NCBI GenBank assembly: GCA_038231275.1
Contig: JBBRLQ010000002.1
Coordinates: 576,001-640,000 of the forward strand
Length of the DNA: 64,000 nt
Direction of reading: 5' to 3'
Origin: Polyangiales bacterium
GTDB taxonomy: Bacteria > Myxococcota_A > Polyangia > Polyangiales > Polyangiaceae
Below the pieces are notes generated by a model. It saw nothing but the letters and a program-made list of their open reading frames with translations. It was not told where the DNA came from and did no database searches. Positions 1-11,372 of this stretch are shown in pieces. Every line of letters starts with the position of its first letter. The stretch's first letter is position 1. The translations under genes and the position numbers were made by a program.

Positions 1-513
1 GGCGACCAATGTCCGCGCCTCCGCGAGGCACGTCGCCGAGCCGAGGAGCACGATCCCCGCGTCGCGCAGCGCCCGCATGCGATCCGGCGCCGGCACGCCG
101 AGGTGAAAGCTCACGACCTTCGGACGCTCCGCCACGAGCGCCGCGAGCATGTCGTCGTCGACGAGGAAGCTCCTGCAAATCTCGGAGAGCGACTCCGGCG
201 CCGGTGCACCCAAGCGGTCGAGCTCAGGGCGGAGCCGGGCGATCCACGCCGCCTCGCGCGCCGCGTCCGCCTTCGCCGGCGAATGGCAAAAGACGTTCAC
301 GTTGAAGGGCCGGCTCGAGCGTGCGCGGACCGCGGCGATCATCTCGCGCGCGGCCGCCGCGTTCGTTGCGCCGATGCCGATCGCGCCGAGCGCTCCAGAA
401 TCGGCCACCGCCGCCGCCATCGCTGGCGTGGACACACCGGCCATCGGGGCCTGAAGGATGGGATGCTCGATCGCCAAGAGACGAAGGAGCGCGTTCGGAG
501 AGGACGGCGGCAT
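1..513 (-). CDS. Nitronate monooxygenase family flavoprotein (5' part; runs off the window start)
   Basis: Not in the ORF track. Manual reverse translation from ATG 513 gives ...IEHPILQAPMAGVSTPAMAAAVADSGALGAIG...RPFNVNVF...RPKVVSFHLG...GIVLLGSAT, typical NMO/2-nitropropane dioxygenase motifs. Confidence 0.9.
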   Translation of the reverse strand, partial: MPPSSPNALLRLLAIEHPILQAPMAGVSTPAMAAAVADSGALGAIGIGATNAAAAREMIAAVRARSSRPFNVNVFCHSPAKADAAREAAWIARLRPELDRLGAPAPESLSEICRSFLVDDDMLAALVAERPKVVSFHLGVPAPDRMRALRDAGIVLLGSATCLAEARTLVA

Positions 514-611
514 TGGCGCGGCTCTCAATTTACCCGACGGACGGGACGTCGGCGAGGCTCCCGATGGGGCTGGCTGGCGGGAGCGGGGTCAGCGTACTGT
601 GGCGGGCTCGC

Positions 612-2099
612 GTGTCGGATTCGAAGAAGGCGATCGTCATCGGTGCCGGAGGCGCCGGTCTCGCCGCGCTTCACGCCATGACGCAGGCGGGGTTCGACGC
701 GGTCGCGCTCGAGCAGAACGGGGAAATCGGCGGCGTTTGGGCGACGACGCGCTACCCCGGGCTGACGATTCATTCCAAGTCGTTCAACTACCGATTCCAC
801 GACTTCCGTCCGGTCGCGAGCGTGGGACCGAGCGCCACTCGAGAAGAGATCGGCGCCTACTTCGCCGACTACGCGCACGAGAAGGGCATCGCCGGAAAAA
901 TCGTCCGCCGCCGCCGCGTCGATCGCATCGTGCACCGGCCGGGCCTGGAGTCGGGTAGGTGCCTAGTCCTCGCGAACGACGCGCGCAGCGGCGAAGCGAC
1001 CGAGCACGTGTGCGACGTGGTCGTGTGCGCGACGGGGTTCGCGAACGCAGGCCGCCCGCACGTGCCGCGATTCGCGGGCCAGGCAACGTCACGCGTCAAG
1101 GTCCTCCACTCCAGCGATCTCTCGCCGGAGATCCTCGACGACATCGTGACGCACCGGCGAAAGGTCGTCGTCCTCGGCGCCGGCAAGTCGGCGCACGAGA
1201 TCCTCTGGCTCTTTCGCGAGACGGATCTCGTGGCCGATCTCACGTGGGTCTACGTGAAGAGCCTGTGGTCGATTCGGTACGAGACGCTCTACGCGTCGTC
1301 GGCCATTCCGTGGAACGTGCCCCTTTACGTCTACTACCTCGCCCTCGCCCGGCTCCGGCGCCGCGTCGGCTTCGGCCTCCCGATGAAGGTGCTTCAGGCG
1401 CCGCTCCGGTGGTCGGGGCTCCTCGTCAACCCGCTCGAGCCGCGATCCGACGTGTGCGTGAACCGCACCGCCATCATGAGAGACGAGCAGCTCGCGTACT
1501 TGAAGACGCTGCGCAGTGTGAAGGCCGAGGTGACGGGACTCGGCGAGCGCACCGTAAAGCTCTCGAACGGCGACGAAATCGATGCGGACTACCTCGTCTC
1601 TGCCACCGGCTACGACCGCACTCTCGGTCTCCCGTCGCTGGAGATCGAGGGGCCGGACGGGACGTCGAGGTCCCACGCCCTCACCGACCAGCACGGCTTT
1701 TACCACCAGATGGTCGACCTCGCGGTTCGGGACGTCTCCGTCCTCGCGGCGAACGTCCTCTATCCGCAGCAGCTACTCGGTTACTCGCTCGGCGCGCAAT
1801 GGCTCGCGCGCTTTCACGCGGGCCGGCTGGCGCGTCCGCCGACCCACGGCGAAATGACCGCGTCGCTCGCGCGCGACGTCGCCAAGTTCTCGGCCTGGGG
1901 ATCCTCGGAGTACCTGAGCCGCGGTCAACCCTATGCGCACGAGCGCAACGAGGACGTGCTGCCGCGCCTGTTCGAGCAGATGGGGCTGGCGCCGGGTCTC
2001 GCGCGATCGCTCGTCACGAGCGGCGCGAACGAGCGGAAGTTCTCGGACCTCTGCGACACCGTCACGCGGCAGCTTGATCAGCGCGGGCGCGGCATGTAG
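612..2099 (+). CDS. Class B flavin-containing monooxygenase (FMO/BVMO-like)
   Basis: GTG start at 612. IGAGGAG FAD motif, IGGVW..TRYPG, CATG, FAG...LHSSDL (variant FxGxxxH fingerprint), VVVLGAGKSA NADPH motif, ATGY. Confidence 0.85.
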   Translation: MSDSKKAIVIGAGGAGLAALHAMTQAGFDAVALEQNGEIGGVWATTRYPGLTIHSKSFNYRFHDFRPVASVGPSATREEIGAYFADYAHEKGIAGKIVRRRRVDRIVHRPGLESGRCLVLANDARSGEATEHVCDVVVCATGFANAGRPHVPRFAGQATSRVKVLHSSDLSPEILDDIVTHRRKVVVLGAGKSAHEILWLFRETDLVADLTWVYVKSLWSIRYETLYASSAIPWNVPLYVYYLALARLRRRVGFGLPMKVLQAPLRWSGLLVNPLEPRSDVCVNRTAIMRDEQLAYLKTLRSVKAEVTGLGERTVKLSNGDEIDADYLVSATGYDRTLGLPSLEIEGPDGTSRSHALTDQHGFYHQMVDLAVRDVSVLAANVLYPQQLLGYSLGAQWLARFHAGRLARPPTHGEMTASLARDVAKFSAWGSSEYLSRGQPYAHERNEDVLPRLFEQMGLAPGLARSLVTSGANERKFSDLCDTVTRQLDQRGRGM

Positions 2100-5000
2100 C
2101 CGCGGACGACGAACCGCTCGACGTAACGCCGCACCAGCGCTTCGTCGACGGGCGGACAGGCGATCCCGGTTCCTTCGAGGGCGCACGCGGTCCGCGCCTC
2201 GTCGTATGTGGGGAGATGGAGCCAGTCGGTGTCCTCGTGGCCGACGAAGAGCGGCAAGAGCGGCGCGAGCGCGTTCCCCGTCGCCTCGGCGCGTTCCACG
2301 AGGACCGAGCGCCACTCCGCGTACGGCAGCTCCTCGAGCGGATACCCGAGGTCACGGATCCACGCGACGAGATCCGTCCACGGGACCGCGCGCGGGCCGA
2401 CGAGGTGATGGTTCCCCGACGACGGCGTCGACGTCAGCGCGATTCGGACGAGCGCGCTGCTCACGTAGTCGACCGGCGCCAGGTTGATCGGCGCGTCGAC
2501 GCGCGGCGCGAGACCGAGCTCCACGCAGCCCTTCATGAGCGCACAGACGAAGTCGTCGGGGTTGAACGCGCCGGAGGACGAGTGACCGGAGATGGTGCCA
2601 GGTCGATAGATCGTCGCGTCGAGGCCGCGCTGCCGTGCCTGCACGACGAGCTCCTCCGCCACCCACTTCGCGCGCATGTAGCCGAGCGGCAGTCGCTCGG
2701 GCTGGTCGGCGCGTGCGTCCTCGAGGACGGCGCCGTGACGGCCGAGCCCGCCGGGAAAGACGCCGATCGTCGACACATGGTGGAGACGCGCGCCCGCAGC
2801 AGCTGCGAGCCGCAGCACCTCCTCCGTGCCGCCCACGTTGCTCGCCTCGAGCGCCTCGTACGGGAAGACGAAATTCACCGAAGCGCCGCTGTGAAAAATG
2901 GTGTCGACGGTTCCCGAGAGCCGGTCGAACGCCAGAGGCTCGAGGCCGAACCGCGCCTTCGAGAGATCGCCGGGCACACACGCGACGCGCGCGGCGAGCT
3001 TCAACGCAGGGAGATCGTAGCGGGAGAGGATGCCCTCGAGGCGCCGAATGCCCTCGCTCGCGGTCCGCGCGCGGACGAGGCAGTGGACCGTCGCGTCGGT
3101 GCGCTCGAGCAGCTCGGCGAGCACGAACGCGCCGAGGAATCCTGTCGCGCCGGTGAGGAAGATCGCGCGAGGTGGGGTAGCGACGTGCGGCCTGAACGTG
3201 ATCGACTCGTCGAGGCGCGCCCTCTCGCGGAGCGAGAGAGGCACGTTCGTAGGCGACGGCAGGCTCTCTCCACCCAGCCGCGCCGACAGCTCCGCCGCGA
3301 GCTCGCGGATCGTGGGGCCGCGGAGGAGCCGCTCGGTCGGCAGCTCGATCTTCAGGTCCTCCGCCATCTTCGACTGGAGCTCGAGCGCGGTCAGCGAGTC
3401 GACGCCGAGGTCGATCAGCGATCGCTGCGGCGAAATCGGCTCGGGATCGTGAAGCACGGCGCCGGCGATCGTGCACAGATACGCCTCGAGCGCGGCGATG
3501 CGCTCGGGTGCCGTGCGGGATTGCAGCTTTGCGGCGAGCGCGCCGTCCGCTCGCGCCGCGGCGGGCTCGCCGAGCGGCACGAGGCGGGGCATGGACTTCG
3601 CGTGCGGATAGAACGAGGCCCACCGTCGCGCGTCGAAGGTCACTACGCCCACGGTCGGCGGTGCATCGACGGCGAGAACGTTTTCGAGGAGATCCGTGGC
3701 GTGCCGAACCGCGAGGCTCGAGACGCCGCGATCCGCGAGCTGCGCCACGGCCTTGGCGCCTGCGTTCGCAGCCATGCCGGTGTCCTCGATCACGGTCCAC
3801 GCGATGCTCGTCGCAGCCAAACCGCGCGCGCGCCGGTGCTCCGCGAGCGCGTCGAGGTACGCGTTGCCGGCGGCGTACGCGCTCTGACCCGGCATCCCGA
3901 GCAGCGTCGCCACCGACGAGTACATCACGAAGAAGTCGAGCGGCTGCGACGCCAGGAGCTCGTGGAGGTTTCGGGCGCCCGCCACCTTCGCGGCGTTCGA
4001 CGCGTCGAGCTGCTCGGGGTCGATCGCGGAGATCATGGCGGGCGACATCACGCCGGCCGCGTGGATGACGCCGCAGACGGGATGCTTGCGCACCACCGCT
4101 TCGAGCGCGTCGCGATCGGCCACGTCGGCGCGCTCGACCACCACGGTCGCCCCTCGAGCGGTCATCTCGGCGACCGCGGCGCGCGCCTCGTCCGTGGCGA
4201 CGCCGCGGCGGCCCACGAGTACGACTGTCTTCGCGCCGCGTTCGACGAGGCGCCGCGCCGCCGCGAGGCCCAAGCCGCCGAGGCCTCCCGTCACGAGGTA
4301 GGCCCCCTCACTGCGCAGCCGGAGGCGCGACGTCGGCGAAGGGAGCGGTTTGCGCTCGAGACGCGCGACGTACCGATCCGCTCCGCGAAGCGCCACCTCG
4401 AGCTCGCCGTCGTCGGACGACAGCTCGGCGAACAGCATGTCCGCATCTGCAGCGCGCTCGCCTCGCGCCAGATCGACGAGCGAGCAGCGAAGCCTAGGGA
4501 GCTCGTTCACGACGACGCGCCCAAATCCCCAGATCGTCGCGCCCGCGAGCGCCGACATGCTGGACTCGTCACCGACCACCTGCGCGCCTCGGGTGAGCAG
4601 CCACAGTCGCGGCTGCGCGGCCTCCCCCCGCCGCGCGAGCGCCTGAACGAGCCGCACCGTCGCGCCGAGATCGCCGTCGCAGAACTGGATGACGCCGGAC
4701 ACCGCATCGGAGGGCGCCAGCTCTCGGGCCATGCGCGCGCTGTGGCCGGCGCGCGCGAGCCGAAGGACGAGGGCCTTTGCGGTCGCGCCGCCGTCGCCGA
4801 GCACGAGCCACTCCCCCGGATCGTGCGGCGCCGACGACGGGCGGCCCGCGCGCATCCAGCTCGGCACGAGCACACCTTGCGGCAGCACGGTCGCGGCGTT
4901 CGGGGGCGCGAGATCGAGCCAGCTGTGCTCACGCTGCCACGGGTAGCTCCCGAGCGCGACGAAGCGCGCCTCCGCGTCGTCCAGGCGCTTCCAATCGACG

Positions 5001-6850
5001 TCGATGCCGAGGCAGTACAGCTCGCCGATCGCCTTCCGGATCGACGCGCGCTCGCCGAGCTCCGGCGCCCCCGACGCGATCACCGCGCCAGGGACGGCCG
5101 CGCGCGCGAGCACGTCGCGCAGCTCCTCGGTCAAGATGGGACGCGGGCTCAGCTCGACGAACACGGTGCCGTCCTCGCCGAGGCTGGCCGTCGCGGCCGA
5201 CAGATCGCGATGCGACGCATGGACGATCGCGTCCGGCACGACGCCGAGCTCGCGCCACACTTCGACGAGCGCGCGACCGCTCGCGGGATCGCACGCAGCC
5301 TCGTCGGGGAGGACGAAGACGAGCTTGTGCGCGCGACCCGGCACGACGCTGCCGGAGACGATCGACGCGATCTCTCTGGACGGCAGCACCACAATCGCGC
5401 GGCGGTGATCGTGATGGTCGCGGCGCGTCGCTGCGGTGTGGGCCAGGTCGACGAGCTCCACGACGGCGGACGCCAGGACCTCGCGGGTCCGATGTTCGAG
5501 CACGTCGAGCGCGGCGACGCTGCGCGCGGAGATGGGGATGAGCGACGCGCGTGGCGAGAGCTTCCTCGCGGTGGCCGGCGCGTCCGACGCGGCGAGGACG
5601 ATGTGCGCGTTGGTGCCGCCCATCCCGAACGAGCTCACCCCGGCAACGCGCTCGCCGTCGGGCCACGGCGCAGCCCGCGCCTGGACGTGGAGCCCACGCT
5701 CGTCGAGGCGCAGGTAGGGGTTCGGCGTCTCGAAGTTCAGGCTGGGCGCGAGCGTCCGGTGCTCGAGCGAAAGCACCGCCTTCATGAGACTCGCCACGCC
5801 CGCCGCCGACTCGAGGTGACCGAGATTCGTCTTCACCGAGCCGATCGCGCACGAGCGACCATGCACGCGCCCCTCGCCGACCACAGCGCCGAGCGCTGCC
5901 ACTTCGATGGGATCGCCGATGAGCGTGCCGGTGCCGTGCGCCTCGATGTAGGAGACGTCGCTCGGCGTCACGCCGGCGCGTCGGTACGCCGTGCGGAGCA
6001 CCTCTTCCTGTGACCACCGACTCGGCGACGTGAGCCCGTTCGAGCGTCCGTCCTGGTTCACCGCCGACCCACGAATGACGGCGTGGACGCGGTCGCCGTC
6101 GGCGAGGGCGCGCGACAGGCGCTTGAGCACGAGCAGCCCGACCCCCTCCCCTCGCACGATACCGCGGGCGCCCGCGTCGAACGCGCGGCACCGTCCATCC
6201 GTCGCGAGGAGCCCCGCGCGCCCGTAGAACACGTCCATCGTGCGATCGAGGATCACGTTCACGCCGCCGGCGATCGCGACGGGGCTCGACTCGTCGGCCA
6301 GGAGGCTCTGGCACGCCAGATGGACTGCGACGAGAGACGACGAGCACAATGTGTCGACGGAGAGGCTCGGCCCGCGCAAATCGAGGAGGAACGAGATCCG
6401 GTTCGATGCAATGGCGAGTGAGCATCCGGGTCCGAGCTGCGCGTCGATCTTGGAGAGATCCTGCGCGTGCCGCCGCGCGAAGTCCGCGTTCATGACGCCG
6501 ACGAAAACGCCGGTGGTGGTTCCCGAAAGCCCGGCGATCGGCTGACCGGCGTCCTCGAGCGCCTCCCACGCGACCTCCAGCAGCAGGCGCTGTTGCGGAT
6601 CCATTCGCGCCGCCTCGCGCGGCGAAATCCGAAAAAAACCGGCGTCGAAGCGATCCAGGCTTTCGAGGAAGCCACCGCGACGGCACGACGGCGCTTGCGC
6701 GACGAGCCACGGCGGCGGTTCGAGCTCCGGACGTTCCGCGGGCGGCTCACGAACGGCCTCGGCGCCGCGGACGAGGAGGTCCCAATACGCTGCCGGGCTC
6801 GGCGCGCCGGGGAATCGGCAGGCCATCCCTACGATAGCGACGGACTCCAT
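2078..6850 (-). CDS. Single-module type I PKS: KS - degenerate AT remnant - KR - ACP - thioester reductase (R)
   Basis: KS: MDPQQR, DTLCSSS, HGTGT, NLGHLESAAG. KR: GGLGGLG, YAAGN. ACP: GVDSL. R: FLTGATGFLG, GYMRAKWVAE, YRPG. ATG 6850 overlaps the ACP stop (TAATG). Confidence 0.93.
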   Translation of the reverse strand: MESVAIVGMACRFPGAPSPAAYWDLLVRGAEAVREPPAERPELEPPPWLVAQAPSCRRGGFLESLDRFDAGFFRISPREAARMDPQQRLLLEVAWEALEDAGQPIAGLSGTTTGVFVGVMNADFARRHAQDLSKIDAQLGPGCSLAIASNRISFLLDLRGPSLSVDTLCSSSLVAVHLACQSLLADESSPVAIAGGVNVILDRTMDVFYGRAGLLATDGRCRAFDAGARGIVRGEGVGLLVLKRLSRALADGDRVHAVIRGSAVNQDGRSNGLTSPSRWSQEEVLRTAYRRAGVTPSDVSYIEAHGTGTLIGDPIEVAALGAVVGEGRVHGRSCAIGSVKTNLGHLESAAGVASLMKAVLSLEHRTLAPSLNFETPNPYLRLDERGLHVQARAAPWPDGERVAGVSSFGMGGTNAHIVLAASDAPATARKLSPRASLIPISARSVAALDVLEHRTREVLASAVVELVDLAHTAATRRDHHDHRRAIVVLPSREIASIVSGSVVPGRAHKLVFVLPDEAACDPASGRALVEVWRELGVVPDAIVHASHRDLSAATASLGEDGTVFVELSPRPILTEELRDVLARAAVPGAVIASGAPELGERASIRKAIGELYCLGIDVDWKRLDDAEARFVALGSYPWQREHSWLDLAPPNAATVLPQGVLVPSWMRAGRPSSAPHDPGEWLVLGDGGATAKALVLRLARAGHSARMARELAPSDAVSGVIQFCDGDLGATVRLVQALARRGEAAQPRLWLLTRGAQVVGDESSMSALAGATIWGFGRVVVNELPRLRCSLVDLARGERAADADMLFAELSSDDGELEVALRGADRYVARLERKPLPSPTSRLRLRSEGAYLVTGGLGGLGLAAARRLVERGAKTVVLVGRRGVATDEARAAVAEMTARGATVVVERADVADRDALEAVVRKHPVCGVIHAAGVMSPAMISAIDPEQLDASNAAKVAGARNLHELLASQPLDFFVMYSSVATLLGMPGQSAYAAGNAYLDALAEHRRARGLAATSIAWTVIEDTGMAANAGAKAVAQLADRGVSSLAVRHATDLLENVLAVDAPPTVGVVTFDARRWASFYPHAKSMPRLVPLGEPAAARADGALAAKLQSRTAPERIAALEAYLCTIAGAVLHDPEPISPQRSLIDLGVDSLTALELQSKMAEDLKIELPTERLLRGPTIRELAAELSARLGGESLPSPTNVPLSLRERARLDESITFRPHVATPPRAIFLTGATGFLGAFVLAELLERTDATVHCLVRARTASEGIRRLEGILSRYDLPALKLAARVACVPGDLSKARFGLEPLAFDRLSGTVDTIFHSGASVNFVFPYEALEASNVGGTEEVLRLAAAAGARLHHVSTIGVFPGGLGRHGAVLEDARADQPERLPLGYMRAKWVAEELVVQARQRGLDATIYRPGTISGHSSSGAFNPDDFVCALMKGCVELGLAPRVDAPINLAPVDYVSSALVRIALTSTPSSGNHHLVGPRAVPWTDLVAWIRDLGYPLEELPYAEWRSVLVERAEATGNALAPLLPLFVGHEDTDWLHLPTYDEARTACALEGTGIACPPVDEALVRRYVERFVVRGYMPRPR

Positions 6851-7098
6851 TATTTCGTGCTCACCGCCGCGGCGAGATGACGTGCGAGCGCTTCGATCGT
6901 GGAGTGATCCCAGAGGAGCGTCGGATCGAGGCTGAGCCCGAGCCACTTCTCGAGCACGCCGACGAGGTGCACGGCTTCGATCGACGCGATCTCGTAGCTC
7001 GCGAAGGGCTCGCGCACATCCACGCGCTCGATGGGAATGCGCGCGGCAGCGGCGACTTCCACGACGATGCGATCGCGGATCTCTTTCTCGGTGGGCAA
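6850..7098 (-). CDS. Stand-alone acyl carrier protein
   Basis: TTG start after GAGGAG. 82 aa, VDVREPFASYEIASIEAVHLVGVLEKWLG...PTLLWDHSTIEALA. Lies between the FAAL and the PKS. Confidence 0.85.
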   Translation of the reverse strand: MPTEKEIRDRIVVEVAAAARIPIERVDVREPFASYEIASIEAVHLVGVLEKWLGLSLDPTLLWDHSTIEALARHLAAAVSTK

Positions 7099-7100
7099 CG

Positions 7101-8765
<1,665 letters not shown>

Positions 8766-8871
8766 CAGCAGAAGACTCTACGCGGCGCCGCAGGCTCAGG
8801 CATCGGAAGGACTCCCCATATTGCGCGATGGGCCTCCCCACGTTGCCGTTTGTTGGTACCATTATCCCGAC

Positions 8872-10032
8872 GTGGATAGTCCGCAAAACATCGACGAGTT
8901 CCGAAGATACGTGCGCGCGTTCATCGAGGGGGAGGTCGCGCCCAACGCCGAGCAGTGGACGCGCGAGCGCTCCGTCCCGAGAGCGCTCCACCTCGCAGCC
9001 GGTCGCGCGGGGCTCCTCGGCCTCAAGTATCCCGTCGCATGGGGAGGGCTGAACCGCCCGTACGCGTTCACCCACGTGATGCTCGACGAGTTCGGGCGGT
9101 CCGGCGCGATGGGCTGCCTCCTCAGCCTCGCGCTGCAGTCGGAGTTCTCGACGCCGCACCTGGCGCTCTACGGCGGCGAGTCGCTCCAGCGGCGCTTCCT
9201 CGCACCTGCGATCGCCGGCACCTGCATCCTCGCGATCGCGATGACCGAGCCCGAGGGCGGCTCCGATCTCGGGAGCTTGCGGACGACCGCCACGCCGGTC
9301 GACGGCGGCTACCGCGTCTCCGGACGAAAGTGGATGATCGGCAACGGGTCCTTGGCCGACGCGCTCTGCGTGGTGTGCCGCGCGTCGGATCACGTCGAAG
9401 GACAGCTGCCGCGCGCGACGATGGTCCTCGTCGAGGCGACGACGCCGGGCTTCTCCGTGGTCAAGCAACTCGAGAAGACCGGCCTCCACGCCACGCCGAA
9501 CTGCGAGCTCCTCTTCGACGACTGCTTCGTCCCCGCGGAGAACGTGCTCGGTCGGCCCGGGTTGGCGATTCCGCAAGGGCTCGTCGCGAACGCGTACGAG
9601 CGCGTCGCCCTCGCGATCCTGGCGACCGGCGCGATGCGCGCAGGATGGGAGAGTGCGGTGCGATTTCTAGGGTCACGCGGCGCCGGCGGTCGCGCATTGC
9701 TCGACCGTTCGCCGTGGCGCCATCGCCTCACGCAGGACTATCTCTTGATCGAGGGAGCCGCGCGCATCGTGAAAGACGCCGTCCTCAGCCTCGAGGGCCA
9801 AAAACCCGACCAAGCGCTGGTGCTCATGGCGAAGATCGCCGCGACCGAGGCTTGCCAAGAGGTCCTCCAGCACGCGTCGCAGGCGCACGGCGCGCGCGGG
9901 TTTCTCGCCGAGGAGCACATCGGCCGACTCTGCGCGGACGCGCGGGCGCTCACGATCGGCGGCGGCGCGACCGAGGCGTTGCTCGAGGCGCTCTCACGGA
10001 TCGTGCTGCCGGCCGTGATGCGGTCGGGCTGA
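8872..10032 (+). CDS. Acyl-CoA (possibly acyl-ACP) dehydrogenase
   Basis: AIAMTEPEGGSDL, SGRKWMIGNG, KTGLHA...ELLFDDCFVP, TIGGGATE. Divergent from the FAAL. Confidence 0.9.
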   Translation: MDSPQNIDEFRRYVRAFIEGEVAPNAEQWTRERSVPRALHLAAGRAGLLGLKYPVAWGGLNRPYAFTHVMLDEFGRSGAMGCLLSLALQSEFSTPHLALYGGESLQRRFLAPAIAGTCILAIAMTEPEGGSDLGSLRTTATPVDGGYRVSGRKWMIGNGSLADALCVVCRASDHVEGQLPRATMVLVEATTPGFSVVKQLEKTGLHATPNCELLFDDCFVPAENVLGRPGLAIPQGLVANAYERVALAILATGAMRAGWESAVRFLGSRGAGGRALLDRSPWRHRLTQDYLLIEGAARIVKDAVLSLEGQKPDQALVLMAKIAATEACQEVLQHASQAHGARGFLAEEHIGRLCADARALTIGGGATEALLEALSRIVLPAVMRSG

Positions 10033-10771
10033 TCGACGCCCCTCCTACGAACTCCGATGCCTCCTTCGCGAGGACGACCCATGACGCCTTCGCGCTCGTG
10101 ACCGTGAGCCACTCCTTCATGAGCCGCCCGTGCCCGGGGTCGAACGCCTGGCCGGTACCCCGCGCAATCAACGCGGCGACGCGCTCCTTGGGGAGCTTCA
10201 CGACGAGCGTGCTCTGCGTGAAGAGGGCGAAGAGCTTCCCGTCGATCTTGAGCCCATTCTTGCCGAACGTCCGACCACCGGCGACCCTCGTGCGCGCTTC
10301 GAAGTCGCGGACGATCGGCGCGAGCTCCGGGTCGGTGCGAAGCGCGTCAAGGAGACCAGCGACCTTGGTCTGCGGCGCCGACGCCGGCTTCCGCTTGCGC
10401 CACCCACCCGCGCGGTTGTTGGCGATGATCTGCCGAAACATCGCGGTCAGACCCGCGGCGTCGGGCTCCTCGCCTTCGCGGATCGCGACGGTGCGGGCGG
10501 TCTTGTTGCCGTGGCCGCCGGTGATGATGCCGCGAGGATCCGGCACGATTCCGCCGTCGTAGAGGAAGACGTTCACGTGGTCCTTTGCGACAAGCAGCGC
10601 GCACACGTTCCCGGCGAGAACGAAGTATGGCTGCCTCGTCCGCTTGATGGTCTCCTGGACCTCCGGATCGGCCGCGTGCACCAGGTCGCGCACCTGCTGA
10701 CAGATCGCCTGCGCCCACTCCGGAAACGCGCGAATGTAGACATCGACTCGGGGATCCTTGACGTACTTCAC
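9950..10771 (-). CDS. DUF1801 domain fused to a TfoX/MmcQ-like C-terminal domain
   Basis: N-half DPRVDVYI...VRDLVHAADPEVQETIK (DUF1801-like). C-half FGKNGLKIDGKLFA...LVVKLP...GHGRLMKEW. Confidence 0.7.
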   Translation of the reverse strand: MKYVKDPRVDVYIRAFPEWAQAICQQVRDLVHAADPEVQETIKRTRQPYFVLAGNVCALLVAKDHVNVFLYDGGIVPDPRGIITGGHGNKTARTVAIREGEEPDAAGLTAMFRQIIANNRAGGWRKRKPASAPQTKVAGLLDALRTDPELAPIVRDFEARTRVAGGRTFGKNGLKIDGKLFALFTQSTLVVKLPKERVAALIARGTGQAFDPGHGRLMKEWLTVTSAKASWVVLAKEASEFVGGASISPTASRPAARSVRAPRATPRSRRRRS

Positions 10772-10809
10772 CGCCGCATTGTCACCCAACGACGCGTGCT
10801 ACGGCAACG

Positions 10810-11259
10810 TCAACGCGGGGCGCTGCTCTCCAGGATCGTCTTCAGCTTGGCGAGGTCCTTGCGGTTGGCGCGTCGCATCGCGCTCGCCATGAACGGCGCG
10901 ACGAGCTTGCCGAAGCCGCTCGGTTCGCCTCGGTTTCGCAAGGTCATCTTCGTTCGCCCGCCAGGCTGCGCTTCCCAGGTGTACGTCGTCTCCATCGGGA
11001 AGGGCCCCTCCTCGGTGCGCATGACCAAGCGCTCTTCGGGCAGGAGCTCGACGATCTCGTAGGTGTACGCGAGGCGTCGGCCGAGAAAGTGCGCGACGAA
11101 TGCCACGCGCGAACCGGTCGCGAGCTCGGCGGGGGTCTTCCACTCCACCGACTCGATGTTGACGTACCAGCTCGGGGCGTTGTCCGGCTCGCGCGCGAAG
11201 GCCGCGACCTCTGCGGGGGGCCGGTCGATCACGATCTCGGTCAACACGTCGACGGGCAC
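10810..11259 (-). CDS. SRPBCC (polyketide cyclase/dehydrase) family protein
   Basis: [37 protein letters not shown]-terminal helix. GGAGAG RBS before GTG. Confidence 0.88.
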   Translation of the reverse strand: MPVDVLTEIVIDRPPAEVAAFAREPDNAPSWYVNIESVEWKTPAELATGSRVAFVAHFLGRRLAYTYEIVELLPEERLVMRTEEGPFPMETTYTWEAQPGGRTKMTLRNRGEPSGFGKLVAPFMASAMRRANRKDLAKLKTILESSAPR

Positions 11260-11325
11260 GTTCTCTCCTCGCCTTCGAGATGTATCGTCCCCCGTGCAAG
11301 GAGACAATCCGCTGTTTTTGAGACG

Positions 11326-11349
11326 CATTGTCACATCTATGGGACAATG
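11326..11349. promoter_or_regulatory. Probable LysR recognition site (imperfect inverted repeat)
   Basis: CATTGTCAC-atctat-GGGACAATG in the AT-rich gap between the divergent SRPBCC and LysR genes. Confidence 0.5.
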
Positions 11350-11372
11350 AAAGGGTGACCAAGATACTCGGC

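Noticed and set aside
2216-6013. 1265-aa plus-strand ORF
   Set aside because: Antisense shadow of the PKS. Arg-rich, no motifs, typical of high-GC DNA.
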